Of a DNA stretch of 64,000 nt, positions 1-13,835 are shown in pieces (position 1 is the stretch's first letter; every line of letters starts with the position of its first letter). A program made the translations under genes and the position numbers. The notes below the pieces were generated by a model. It searched no databases. It was not told where the DNA came from and saw only the letters and a list, made by a program, of their open reading frames with translations. Source of the DNA: the human T2T-CHM13v2.0 reference genome, Homo sapiens. The stretch lies in NCBI RefSeq assembly GCF_009914755.1, contig NC_060928.1. One strand, 5' to 3'.

Positions 1-523
1 ACTCAAAACATGAACCATTTCATTTCTAACTAAATGCATTCTAGCTAAATGTCAATGGGATTTGAAATACTTAAAATTATTAATACATTTCTATAATTAT
101 TCTTTATTGTAGAAATAGAATTAACACTGTGTTTAACATTTTTTACATTACTGATCATTTCTTCCTTCCTTGACTTCCTTACACCATCTATTCATGTTTT
201 TCTCTAGTTTTTCTGAAAAATCCCTTTTAGTAATCACCAACTAGTCTCCCTAGGAAGAATCAGTAAATGTTGCATTAGGTACCTAAAGCCTCTATATTCA
301 AAATTCAACTTATTTTCCTTTCCTCCACTCTATCCCAGTATATGGCTTTTCTACTCATTGGTTCTATGTCCAGTCTTAAAGTCATGATACAGGAAGCCAA
401 ACCTGATTCTTTACCACAGCAAATACTTCAACATGCTTTTTTATTTCTAGTATTTCTTAACTGCCCAATTCAAAAACTTGTTACTTATTACTGAACTATT
501 GAAATTGTAATTTAATAAAGACA

Positions 524-1967
524 GATATTAATATCAAAAAGTGGGAGTCCTGCTATAACAAATTGCTAAAAATATGGAAGCAGCTGTGGTAATGGGTAAT
601 GGGTAGAGGCTGTAAGAGTTTTCAGGTGTATGCTAGACAAATCCGATATAGCCATGAACAAAATTTTAAAGGTGAATCTTGTCAGAAAGAAAAGGGTAGA
701 ACTATAGAGAAAGCTTATCTTCTTAGAGAACACCTAAGTAACATGAATAGAATGTTGGCTAAAATATGGATGGTAAGGCCATTCTGCTGAGACTTCAGAT
801 GGAAATGAGGAGCATGTCATGGGACAATAGAGAAAAGGAGATCCTTGTTATTAATAAGCAGCAAAAAAAATTAACTGACTTGTGTTTGTGTTCTACTGTT
901 TTGTGGAAGGTAGAACTTGCAACCAAATTGGATATTTAACCGAGGAAATGTCTAAGCAAAGCATTGAAGGAGCAATTTGGTTACTCTTGCCTGATTATAG
1001 TTAAGTGTGAGAAGAAAGAAATGCTTTTAAGACAGAAATGTTGAGAAGGAAGTAGAATTTAAAGATTTGGAAAATTCTCAGCCTATCCACTTTGAAAACA
1101 CTGAGAAAGTGTGTTGAGAAGAGACGATTAGGAGTATGGCCAAGTGACCATTTCAACCACAAACCTAAATAGCCCTCTCAACAGGAGCCAAGCATTGTTC
1201 TTGAAAATAAAGAAGGATGATACCACTTACCCCACAAGGTGATTCAGAGATAATCAGGGCTGCCTCCTTCACCACAGGCTCAGAGTGCAAGGGCCAGAGG
1301 CACAGAGCAATTTCAAAGGCTTGGGCATCCTCTCTGATTCAGGTGGGCCAGAATGCTCACACTCAATGCCTTAGGTATGGGCTTCCATGCCACAGCTGTT
1401 GCATGGGCTGTGCCCAATAGAGCCAGGGGGCAAGGTCACCACCCAGAGTCATGGTGCTATGACCCAAGACCAGCAGAGTCACCAGCATGTGATTCTAGCC
1501 CAGAAGAGCCATGAACACATGAGTCTTGCTCAGCAGAGCTGTGGAAATGGGGCCACTGCTCTAGGGGGTCTGGAGGGCAGAGAAGTTAGCCAGAGGATTA
1601 TTTTGAACCTTAAGGTTTAATTCTTGAGCCCTGATGGGTTTTGAACTTACTTGATACCCTTCACCTCTTCCTTCTTTCCTATTTCTGTATTTGGAGTGGG
1701 AATGTTTATCTTATGCTTGTCTGACCAATGCATTTTGGAAGCACGTAACTGTTTTGTTTCACATGTTCATAGTTAAAGAGAAATTTAATGATAAATCATA
1801 ACTTGTGCCTCCCTCATATTTGATGTAGATGATATCTAGATAAGACTTTGGACCTTAGTTTTTGGAGTTGATACTGGAATGAGTTAATGCTTTGGGGGCT
1901 GTTGGGTTGAAATGAATGCATTTTGCATGTGAGAAAGACACAAATTTGTGGGGGAGCAGAGGAGTAA
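524..1967 (+). mobile_element. MaLR internal region (MLT1A-int-like)
   Basis: Starts with MaLR-int-like text (aagtgggagtcctgctataacaaattgctaaaaatatggaagcagct...gggtagaggctg) right after an LTR-end-like 'aagaca'; ends in a purine tract (ggggagcagaggagtaa) just before an LTR. Confidence 0.8.
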
Positions 1968-2332
1968 TGAAATGGACTGAATGTTTGTGTCCCTCAAAAT
2001 TTATGTGTTGAAATCCTAACCCCCAATAGGATGGAACTAAGAGGTGGTGGTCTTTGGAAGGTAATTAGGTCATGAGAGTGGAGCCTTTGTGAATGGGATT
2101 AGTGCCTTATAAGAGGTGCTCTAGAGAGCTCTCTTGCTCTTGTGCCATGTGAGGACATGAAAAGAAGATAGTAGTCTGCAAACCATAAGAGGACCGAAAC
2201 CCAACCATGCTGGCACCCTGGTTGTGGGACTTCCAGCCTATAGAATTGTGAGACAAAAGTTTTGCTTTGTTTTTTGTTTATAAGCCACCAGTCTATGGTA
2301 TTTTGTTATAACACCCCAAACTGACTAAGACA
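1968..2332 (+). mobile_element. MaLR 3' LTR (MLT1A/MLT1A0-like)
   Basis: TG...CA termini; 5' tgaaatggactgaatgtttgtgtccc, 3' gtattttgttataac...ctgactaagaca. Confidence 0.85.
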
Positions 2333-2389
2333 TCATTATACTTGGGTGGTTTTTAAATTTGTCTTCACTCCCATTCCCTATAATCTGTT

Positions 2390-3150
2390 TTGAAATTTTA
2401 GCCATTTTAAGATTGGGTTGTTTGTATTCTTCCTATTGTGTGGCAAGAATTCTTTACATATTTCTTTATTAGATATGCATGCTGTGAACATGATCGTCCC
2501 ACTTATGGCTTGCCTTTTCATTTTCTTAATGGTGTCTTTGAAAGAGCAAAAGTTTGTGTTTCTGTTATTTGAATTTTGAAGTCCAATTTTTCATTTTTGG
2601 ATGGTGTATCCTTTTTTTAGTTCTATCTAAGAGACTTTACACCAAAGTCCCAAAGAGTTCCTCTCATATTTTCTTCTCAAAGTTTTACAGTTTCACTTGT
2701 TCTATTTAGATCTATGATCCATTTTGAGTTGATTTTGGTACGCAATATGAAGTAAAAGTTTAGGTCTATTTATAGACTTTCTGTTCTATTCCATCAATCC
2801 ATATGTCTATAATTTCAACAATCCCAACTGTCTTAATTAGTATAGCTTTATAGTAAGTCTTGAAGTAAGGTAGAGAAACTCCTTCAACTTTGTTCTTTGA
2901 AAATATTGCTTTTGCTTTCCAGTTTCTTTGCATTTCTACATAAATTTTATAATTTACTAGCAATGTTGACCAAAATATAAAGACTTCTAGGATTTTTATT
3001 GGGATTACATTAAATCTATAGATTAACTTTCAGAGAACTGTCTTTGTAACTGTTATTTCATGTTCAAATCTACAAACATGGCATATCTCTCCATTTATTT
3101 AGACTTCTTTATTTTCTTTCACAAATTTTTATAGTTTTTAGAAAAGAGAT
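2390..3150 (-). mobile_element. Old L1M ORF2 fragment
   Basis: Minus ORF 2766..2963 (KAKAIFSKNKVEGVSLPYFKTYYKAILIKTV) matches the L1 ORF2p post-RT region. Confidence 0.8.
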
Positions 3151-3169
3151 TCTACAAATAAAATTTAAA

Positions 3170-4284
3170 CATAATATGCAGCACAAAATCCAAGATAACC
3201 AGGCACATGAAGGGACAGGAATCAAACAAAGCAAAAGCCAGAAGAATCAGCAGCACTAGAGAATTTTGTAAGAGCACTATTTGGGAAGACAGGCATTATA
3301 TTTTCCAATAAAAACTTCTAGAGACTACAGATAATGGCATTATTAGATACATGCTATAAGAATTATACTTTCTGTGTCCAAAGAAATAGAACCAAAGCTT
3401 GAAATTATCAGCAGGTATCCGGAAATTATAAAAGGGTGATATAGCAGATTGGAAATTGAACCAAATATATGTTCTCAAACTAAAAATTACAATAGTCTTA
3501 CTATAAAATAAAATAGGGAGGTTTAATAACAGGTCAGATGCTTCTCTTCAGGTGAAGAGAAAATTAATGATATGAAAAGTAAATCAGAAGAAAATATCTA
3601 CAATTAAGCGTGGAAATACAAAAGATGAAAAAGACCAAAAAGAGGGTGAAATATAGATAAATACATTGAAAAACCTAAAATACACATCTTTTTGAAAGGA
3701 GGAGAGGGAAAGATGGGACAAAAGTAACCTTGTAAGATATTATGTATGGGCAATTTTGAGAAATTGTGAAATATATTTATTAAGTGACAGATTCAATAAG
3801 CCTGATAATCCCAAGCAGAAAATTTCTTTTCAAAAAATTAATCCACCCAGGCACACACAGTTCAGCTATGAAAGAAAAAAAAAGAAAAATATCTTAAAAA
3901 AAGAACAAAATGTAGATGTACACTCAACAAAAATATCCATCTAGAATGAGAGTGAAACACATTTTAAACAAATGTTGAACAAGTTTTAAGCAGCAGATAT
4001 TCTTCAAATGAATGAAATATTATTCAAAACAAATAGATGAAGATGCAGGAAAGATAAAAGTGAACCAAAATATTAATTATGTGGGTAAATATAAATACAT
4101 TTTTGATATACAGAACAATGAAAATAATATCTTAGAAGATGAAGAAACACATTTCATGTGTAATAAAAATACATAATAGTGTTTAAGTTTGGAGTTAGTG
4201 TTCCAAAGTAAGGACATAAAGTTTGAAAATAAAAAGATCAAAACAGTTATTATGCAAACACTAAAAAAGAAAATCATGATAGTA
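3170..4284 (+). mobile_element. Very old L1M ORF1/ORF2-start remnant (continues about 5208-5310)
   Basis: A-rich degenerate ORF1-like sequence. The flanks of the L1PA insertion rejoin as an L1 EN-like segment (aaagaaaatcatgatagtat|attaacatcagagaaagcatactttaag). Confidence 0.55.
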
Positions 4285-5207
4285 TTGCAAGCTACTCATC
4301 TGACAAAGGGCTAATATCCAGAATCTACAATGAACTCAAACAAATTTACAAGAAAAAAACAACCCCATCAAAGAGTGGGTGAAGGATATGAACAGACACA
4401 TCTCAAAAGAAGACATTTATGCAGCCAAAAGACACATGAAAAAATGCTCATCAACACTGGCCATCAGAGAAATGCAAATCAAAACCACAATGAGATACCA
4501 TCTCACACCAGTTAGAATGGTGATCATTAAAAAGTCAGAAAACAACAGGTGCTGGAGAGGATGTGGAGAAATAGGAACACTTTTACACTGTTGGTGGGAC
4601 TGTAAACTAGTTCAACCATTGTGGAAGTTGGTGTGGCAATTCCTCAGGGATCTAGAACTGGAAATACCATTTGACCCAGCCATCCCATTACTGGGTATAT
4701 ACCCAAAGGACTATAAATCATGCTGCTATAAAGACACATGCACACGTATGTTTATTGCAGCACTATTCACAATAGCAAAAACTTGGAACCAACCCAAATG
4801 TCCAACAACAATAGACTGGGTTAAGAAAATGTGGCACATATACACCATGGAATACTATGCAGCCATAAAAAATGATGAGTTCATGTCCTTTGTAGGGACA
4901 TGGATGAAGCTGGAAACCATCATTCTCAGCAAACTATTGCAAGGACAAAAAAACAAACACTGCATGTTCTCACTCATAGGTGGGAATTGAACAATGAGAA
5001 CACATGGACACAGGAACGGGAACATCACACACCGGGGCCTGTTGTGGGGTGGGGGGAGTGGGGAGGGATAGCATTAGGAGATATACCTAATGTTCAATGA
5101 CAAGTTAATGGGTGCAGCACAGCAACATGGCACAGGTATACATATGTAACTAATCTGCACGTTGTGCACATGTACCCTAAAACTTAAAAGTATAATTAAA
5201 AAAAAAA
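4285..5207 (+). mobile_element. 5'-truncated L1PA (L1PA3-5-like), ORF2 C-terminus plus 3'UTR
   Basis: ORF 4379..4990 is the L1 ORF2p C-terminus including [18 protein letters not shown]; G-rich 3'UTR; A tail; TSD ATAGTAT at 4279-4285 and 5207-5213. Confidence 0.95.
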
Positions 5208-5326
5208 TAGTATATTAACATCAGAGAAAGCATACTTTAAGGCATAAGGCATTATCACATGAAAAATACATCACTGTATTATGCTAATTAATTTATCAAG
5301 TAGATATAACTATTCCAATTTTGTTT

Positions 5327-5623
5327 TTGTTTTTATTTTTGAGACAGAGTCTGGCTCTGTCACCCAGGCTGGAGTGCAGTTGCGTGATCACGGCTTACTG
5401 TTGCCCCAAACTCCTGGACCTAACTGACGCCCCCACCTCAGCCTCCCAAATAGCTAGGACTACCTGTTAGCACCATTGCATTTTGCTAATATTTTTTATT
5501 TTTCATAGAGACAGGGTTTCCCTATGTTGCCCAAGCTGGTCTTGAATTCCCGGCCTTAAGTGATCCTCTGGCCTTGGCCCTGCAAAGTGCTAAGATTACA
5601 AGCATGAGCCACATGGTCTGGCT
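5327..5623 (-). mobile_element. Alu (AluJ-like)
   Basis: Diverged Alu dimer; TSD ctattc(c/t)aattttgttt at 5310-5326 and 5625-5641. Confidence 0.93.
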
Positions 5624-6753
5624 GCTATTCTAATTTTGTTTGTACTTAATTATGTGGTTTCAAAATATAAAGCAAATATAACATATCTAGAATGAGAAAA
5701 GTTGTCTAGAGAATTATGTATATTTAGTATAACCTACATACCAAACTTGACATAGTCTAATTAATTTAAACATTGTTATAGAGTTAGTAAGTGACTAAGA
5801 GAAAAAACATTCTCAAGTTTTTCTGATTCCAACATTATTAACATCTTTGCTGTAATGTCTCTCGTAGACTTTAATGTGATCCATGGATAAATAAATAGAC
5901 GCCCTGCTTTTAAATGTGACTTAAAATCCAATTTAATAGAAATAATAGATATTATTATTATAATAGAAGGCCAATGGATCTCCAGCTGCACTAAATGTGA
6001 TGGTTCTTCAAAGTGAGCTGTAAAATATCATGAAAAATACAGCAAAGGCCCTTATACTAGAAACTACATGTGCTTAATTCCTCATTGTTCACTACCAAAA
6101 AGCAGGAATGACTAAGTGGGTTTGCTCCTAAGTGGCAGCTTCAATGTTTCCTACTAACTAGGCCATAAGTACTTTCTTTCAACACTAAAATCCATGTCTT
6201 AATAGCCATACACCTGGGAAATCTTAAACTCTAGGGGAGGGTCATAAGAAGGAAATTACTTCCATGGGCCTTTGCTCCAAAAATCTTATATCAGGCACAT
6301 TAAAAGCCAGAATCCTTTATGATGAAAACTGTTCTTTCTACCTATGTCCAGATCCCATTCATATGTACCCATCACTCAACAATAGTCTCCTTAGGGAAGT
6401 AAGTAGCTACTCTAGCCTGACTGGAATGAGGTAAAGTAATGCTAAGCTCTGTTCTTACATGTTCCAAATTCTGGAGTGCTGACATTGTTCAGATTTGATT
6501 ATTTGGGCTGATAGAAGAATTTCCAAACTAGTTCCAAACTTTTAAAGAGAAATAATGGATTTGAAGTGTTTTCTTTAAAAACTGCTTCAAGTCTCTGTGG
6601 ATTGGGGAAGTAGAGAAGAGGAGAGAAAGTTAAAAGTGATTACAAGTGACTTTCTTCCACCAGAAGAATGGGGAGTGGAAAAACTAATGCAAATAGTGAG
6701 GGTAAGTGGATCACTGAAAACATTTTACGAGTTATTTGAAAAAGAAAAATATA

Positions 6754-7055
<302 letters not shown>

Positions 7056-7209
7056 TTATCTACCAAATCAGAAAATGTACAGCTTCTGAGAATATTTCTC
7101 ATTATCACATGATGCTTCTTTTAGCAGCCTCTTCTTTTGCAGCTACCTGTAGAATTTTTATAAAATTGGCCATTTTTCCTTCTTAAAGCAAACCCACTCA
7201 GTCAAAGCA

Positions 7210-7640
7210 TCAAAATCATGGAAGCATGCTGTTTCTAACATCATGCCATTGCTCATAGTGCTCTCTCTCTCCGAATGCTTTTTCTCTTGTATTCACCAGG
7301 CTAATCCCTGCTTATGCTCCCTGTCCCATCTCAGATTGCTCAGCTTTTCTTGATTATGTCAAGCTGGCTAGGTATCCTACCTCTATCCTAGAAATTATTA
7401 TTGTCCTCACTCTTACCCCAATTAGTTTAGTGTTCAGTATAGGGGTCTCTACTTTAAATATTATCTTATTCATTTTTCTAACTTAACTTCCTGGCACAAA
7501 GACTTACATACACAATTTACTCAATAAATATTTGTTAAATCAGTGAATTACTTGAGTAATAGAAATTCATTTCACTTCTCTGAGTATTCACCTCCATATC
7601 TGTAAAATGAAGAGGTCAGACAATAGTATTTCAAATTTCT
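7210..7640 (+). mobile_element. L2 3' end followed by a MIR core fragment
   Basis: cctggcaca...ctcaataaatatttgttaaatcagtgaat (L2 tail); cacttctctgagt...catatctgtaaaatg (MIR core). Confidence 0.55.
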
Positions 7641-9417
7641 CCTTTGCCAATACATTTCTATTATGGGAGCTGGGGCTCTGGTGTGGGTTCTTCAGTTTAA
7701 GGTTGCAAGTAAGTTGTCAGCATGAAACTTCACATAACAAAAACATTACAATAAAATGGGATATGTGTTACAATTGCAGGCCTCATACTCACTGGAGGCA
7801 CTCATATAAGGAGACTTTAATAAATAGTCATGCCTTAAATATTGAGGCCCTTCTGCATCTTGCTGTCAATATTATATATTTTCAGTAACTTTTTTTAGTA
7901 TGTGTGACTCTATATCTGTGATCTAGTTTTCCCTCTAATGAAACATAAAGTCAAGGGAGGATTTTATTTTCTTCCTTTTCCTGATTTATGTTAGGTTTTA
8001 TGGTTTTTACATACAAATTCTATTATAAAACTGAAATAGAAAAAGCAAAAGCTCAAAAGTTACTGAAGTTTTTTTCTGGAAGCAAAAGATGTCTATTGTT
8101 ACAAGATGTTATTAAATATAACCATAACTAAAGACAAAAGCTTCCAATTTATTTTTATAAATTCTATGGCTAATAAGAAGATACCATATTGAGGTTCAGA
8201 ATAGATTGAATTAGATCTCCTGAAAAGATTTCTACAAAAATTGACTTATGTTCTAATACATTTCTACCCCAAAGGAATTGAATTTCTTATAAACTCAGAG
8301 TTGTGAAACTATCTTTTCATGAAGCATAAAGAGCTATACTTTTAATCTTAATTAACAAATGAATGAGTATCGGTTACTTTACTATGGTTACTTCACCATG
8401 GCTACCTCAACAATACCTACAGGCGATTGGTACCAGTAAAATTATGAAGTGGATGTTTGGTATCTGACATTGCCAGCCAAAATGTCCTGCCTTGGGCTGT
8501 ATTTAATAACTCTACTATTGATATTCTGTTTCACTTGTTGGGCAGGGAGGAAAAACTGAATGCTCCACTATGACTGGGTTAATTATTGTCATGTAGAGTC
8601 AGAGCAAAGAATATAGACTGTGGGACTCGCGGATTCTCAGGAAAATGTTAAGGCGGTGAAATGTAATGAGTAAGTAGGCATTTCACTTCACTGATAATGT
8701 TTAGAAGTGATTCAGGGTGACACATAATGCCATGTCTGATTTCCCATGTTGATCCTGTGTGGATTCACAAGTCAGTGAATTTCGGAGGTATACTCTGCTA
8801 CCTTTCCAAAGCACGCTCTATATATTCTCATTGTGCTAAGGAAGAATTTAGGAGCAATAAGCTAATAATGGAAGTCTGTCCCCCAAACCTTCTTCCATTT
8901 TCCCAAAATGTTATAACCCAGCATACCATCTTATCCCTAGAGCAATGCCCATTCATCTCTAAGAAAAACTAGTCCTAATGCTGTGGATGTCTTCTCTTAG
9001 CAATTCTTCACTATTCTGAGGTATAAATTAAAATGGATCTGTGTAGAGTTCCTATAATTATATAGGCTATAGAGCTCATCAAATATCCAATAGGTTTTTC
9101 ATTTTATTACAGGTATGAAATGTTCTTTAAAAAAAAAACCCATGTGCAAACATTTTTTTTTTTCAAATAGAGAACACATTTGATATGTGCGAAGAATACA
9201 GGCCAAAACCTTTAAGAATCCCCAAACCCTCTGTCTCAATTCATTATAATTGACTTTATTAAATGCAGTAAATTAACTCAAAATTGTAAATGATCCATTC
9301 TGGTCTTAAGTAGAGTTAATTCCCACCAGACTCCTGATGGTAGGAGGGCATCTATTTTCACTCATTGAAAAAGATACTACACATTAATCAGTCCTACAGC
9401 TAAAGGTTGATAATCAT

Positions 9418-9723
<306 letters not shown>

Positions 9724-11110
9724 TCATATTTACACATAATGGACCTATAGGCTTACCTTAAATATTCCAACTATGAACGTAAAATCTTCAAAACACTGGG
9801 CTGTATTTGTTTCTGTATCACCAAAGAAAGACATTTACATTCTGGGATAGATGCCTAAACTGAACCTCTCTAGATTTTATATTGCTCTCTCAAAAAAAAA
9901 AAAAAAAACCCTTAACCTTTGTTGGTTGCAGCTTTCAACACGTTTTGAGCTTTGCACAGTTAGCCTGAAGAAATCTTCTAAAAGTGTAGGAGGAACGCAG
10001 CAGTTCCTCTTTAAATACTCTCACCTGAAGATACTTTCCTGCCTGCACGTTCAAACTTAATGGAAACTATAGAGCAAATTTTTTTCTCCTAAGTGTTGTG
10101 GTGAAAGGTGTGTAACTTTGCTTTCAGAGTCATCTCTTCTCCCTCCTCTCCTCTCCAGTTCCTTCCCTTGGGCTCGTTCCTCTATATTTACAAATACCCT
10201 GGAAATGAAGGGAAATGAAGAAAAGGTAAATGTGCCTCATAAATCAGCCACAATGAGGGAGAGCTGCATGCAAACAGGCCAGGGAAAACGAGCTCAGAAT
10301 GTTAAAACCACAGAGAACCAGGATGTCATTTAGACCATGCCGTCTTGTTAAAAATCATTAAAATAGAGTTCAAAAATGGTTGAGCTTATCTAAGACTGTG
10401 CAAGTTGCTGTAGCAGAGGTAGGTCTAAAAACCCCCTTTCCTGCCTTTTAATGTGATGAGGTTTACCCAAAAATTTGTGCCAGAAGAGTCTTATCCAGAG
10501 ATTTGTGTGTGGTCAAAGTGTTGGAGGGACAGAAAAAAAGGTCCAATGTCCAGTGGTTAATGCTTTGGTCAGTCAGTCATTCTTTGAGCAACTATTTATT
10601 GAGTGCTTTATTGCCAGTTCAGTTGGCTGCTTCTTCACTTATTTTTAAAGTATAACATCAAATTTGCCAACAGAGAACTGGTATTGGCAGCAGCAGTTTT
10701 TTAGCAATTTTATTGCTTTACAAATAAATTGAGAGTGAAGGAGAGATGGATCAACATTTGGGGGCACAAACTTACATTTATATATAGATATTTTGAAATA
10801 CTATTTGCTTACACAATGAATGAATGTTAAGTAGAATTAAAAGTGTTTTTTTTATTTTTCTTTTCTGATTTTTTTCTTTCAAAATATCAAGAATGGACAT
10901 CTGTCCTATATGTTTTCACTTTAAAATGGGAAAAGAATTATTTGATACCATAGCATTTTAACTGACATTTACTTTGCTGTAAAATGTCAATTTCTTGATC
11001 TCACTGTGTAAAACATAGTGAAGCATTATTTTCATCTCAATTAAATTTATTAGAGCTAAAAACTAAAATTCCTTTGTAAAGGATCATTTTCTAGAGTACA
11101 TAGTGTCTTC

Positions 11111-11406
11111 TTTTTTTTTTTTTAGACAGAGTCTCACTCTGTCGCCCAGGCTGGAGTGCAGTGGCGCTATCTCGGCTCACTGCAACCTCTGCCTCCGGGT
11201 TCAAGTGATTCTCCTGCCTCAGCCTCCTGAGTAGCTGGGATTACAGGCGCCCGCCACCACGCCCAGCTAATTTTTGTATTTTTAGTGGAGACGGGGTTTC
11301 ACCATGTTGGTCAGGCTGGTCTTGATCTGCTGACCTCAGGTGATCTGCCCGCCTCGGCCTCCCAAAGTGCAGGGATTACAGGCGTGAGCCAACACTTCTC
11401 GCCTGC
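11111..11406 (-). mobile_element. Alu (AluSx-like)
   Basis: Full dimer; perfect 18-bp TSD AGTACATAGTGTCTTCTT at 11095-11112 and 11407-11424. Confidence 0.96.
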
Positions 11407-12269
11407 AGTACATAGTGTCTTCTTACTGGGGAATAACTTAGGAAACTCAAATAAGAAAATTATCTGGTCACAGGAGTAACAGAGAACAGGCTACTGTTGG
11501 GCCTGTTTGTCTAGTTAAATGATGTATGTGAATGTTCTCAACATTGGCAGACAAGGAAAATGGAGAGAAAATAGAAAGAAATACATGCAGTTTGATGATT
11601 TTGGCATCAGTTTAAAGCTCACAAAGTCAAGGAAGCATCCACTCACATCAGAAGCAGAATTCATCAGTTACCACACAGTGTTCTTACTCGGGAAACTTTC
11701 CCACGCTCACATCCTCTGACCATCAACATGTGGCAAGCAAAACCCCCCGAATCTGAGAGGGTTGTTTTGCTTAAGCCTGCACAACTTTGGACATGGATAC
11801 TGAGCCAAAATGTCTAAAAGCCTGCCCAGCTGGGTAGGAACATTTCTTAAGCAGATTTCCTTAGAAGACTTCCTGATCTTTGTGGTAATTTTCTTTATTT
11901 TTAGATGTCCGCTCACTGTAACATCTTTTACCAAATTATCCGTGCTGACTCCTGCTTATTATTCAGGTGCCTGCTACCATAATTGCCTCTCTGAAGGATA
12001 TCCCCAACCACTTCATCTAAAATAAAAATGCCCACCTTTACCAGTCATTCTTTATACATTTCCATGATTTATTTTTACATAATATTTACTACTATAAACA
12101 TAATAAATGAATGAATATATCACTGAATAAATGAACAAACAAATGAATGAGTAAATCACTGAAGAGAGACCTTGCTTGAAAAACTAGCTTTAAGTATCTC
12201 TCCTGTAAAATCACACTGATTTTCATCATTTTGTTCTATTTTCTTAATATATTCTCATTCTGTAAAATT

Positions 12270-12450
12270 ATTCTTTTTGATTTTTTAATGTTTAGTTACG
12301 GATACATAATCATTGTGCATATTTACGAAGTACGTGTGATATTTTTATACAAGCACACAATGCGTAATGATCAAATTAGGGTAACTGGGGTGTCCAACAC
12401 CTCAAGCATTATCATTTCTTTGTGTTAGGAACATCGTAAATCTACTCTAT
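12270..12450 (-). mobile_element. L1MA 3'UTR fragment
   Basis: gatacataatcattgtgcatattta...tgcgtaatgatcaaattagggtaactgggg resembles the reverse of an L1MA 3' end. Confidence 0.75.
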
Positions 12451-13689
12451 TTCTCCTAACTAGAATCTGAATTCAGTGATGACAGAGACATCTTAGATGT
12501 CTTGACAGAGACTTAGTTGTCAATAATTATTTTTGGAATTTATGTTTTGAATACTTTCTACATTATTGTCCTTATATTTATGTGAATAATACTATTAAAA
12601 GTTAATAAACAATAAAATTGCATTCATTCATTAGTATATTTGAAAAGGTCTTTGAAGTAGATTCTATAATCCCAATTTTTATGTGTTGAATAACTTGATG
12701 TGCAATTCCCATCATGCTGTAGTTACCACTTTATGAACAAATAAGTAGAATTTGTAACAAGGAGTTGTAGAGTAAATACAAAGAGAATTAGACAGGTCCA
12801 AGTGAGAGAGTGAGACCACATCCCACAAAAAGTATTATGTGGCAGGCATCTAGAAGAGAATTGGAGGGAACAGAATCAGGCAGAATAACAATAGAGAGGT
12901 TATTGAGAGTATTCAAGGAAGGGTAAACTATCCAACTTAGTGAATACAGGATGCATGTTGGGAAGCAGTTATAGGTTACATTGGAAGGGTAATTGACATT
13001 CATTTTAGAAGGCCTCAGATGTCAAGTTAGCAAGAATGTACATATTAATAGCTGGTGAGAAAACAAGAGCACTGCAAGCTTTCAGACAGAGAAATTACAT
13101 AACTCAAACTCTTCTGTAGAAGTGTTTAGAAAGTAAACAAAGGCAAAGTATGCCTGGCAGAGTGGGAAGGGAGGGTTTGAAAATAATCTAGAAGACAGGC
13201 ACTGAAAGTTAAAGTCTCACAGTTCCCTTTGTAAGCGTGGGTTAAACTCTGGAGACTGACAACTAGACCACCATTTTGGAAAGCATCCTAGCTGGCCTTG
13301 GGAACAGTACACCTTGACCTAATTAATTAATACTTAGCTACTACTCCTCTGCGAGCACCAGTTTCTTTCCTGTCTCATCTCTGTTTCTGAAATGCACTGT
13401 TGTGAAATTCATGGCTGTTTCAATACAAGGATTTCCACAGGGGCCATCATTTTAGAACCTGATCATCCTTCCTGCATTACAGCATTTTACCTCAGCTGCA
13501 TCTTGGTACTCCTTCCTGACTCTGATCTTTTCCATCTCAATCCCCATGGAGGATGCAGACTCAGATGCAATCACTTCCAAGGGAAGCTGAGCTGGTTCAT
13601 TTAGGACTGAGAGAATATGGAACAAATTATAGAAGAGGAGCCTGCCTACTAAGAATTTCTCAGTAATTATTAACTTAGAATTAATAGTT

Positions 13690-13835
13690 ATTAAAACTTT
13701 ATTAAGCATCGGAATCACCCAGAGGACTTGTTAAAACACAGCTTGCTGGGCACCTACCCCCATTGTTTCTGATCTCTTTCAGTGATGGGGCTGACACTGC
13801 TTGTCTAGGTACCACACTTTGAGAACCATCACTCT
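13690..13835. mobile_element. MER5A-like hAT MITE
   Basis: gcatcggaatcaccc...ttgttaaaacacagcttgctgggc...ccacactttgagaacca. Confidence 0.75.

Noticed and set aside
4379-4990. 203-aa ORF, the longest in the window
   Set aside because: It is the C-terminus of L1 ORF2p in a young 5'-truncated L1PA with no promoter, not a cellular gene.
5033-5068. G-quadruplex-forming tract
   Set aside because: Standard L1PA 3'UTR G-rich tract, not specific to this locus.
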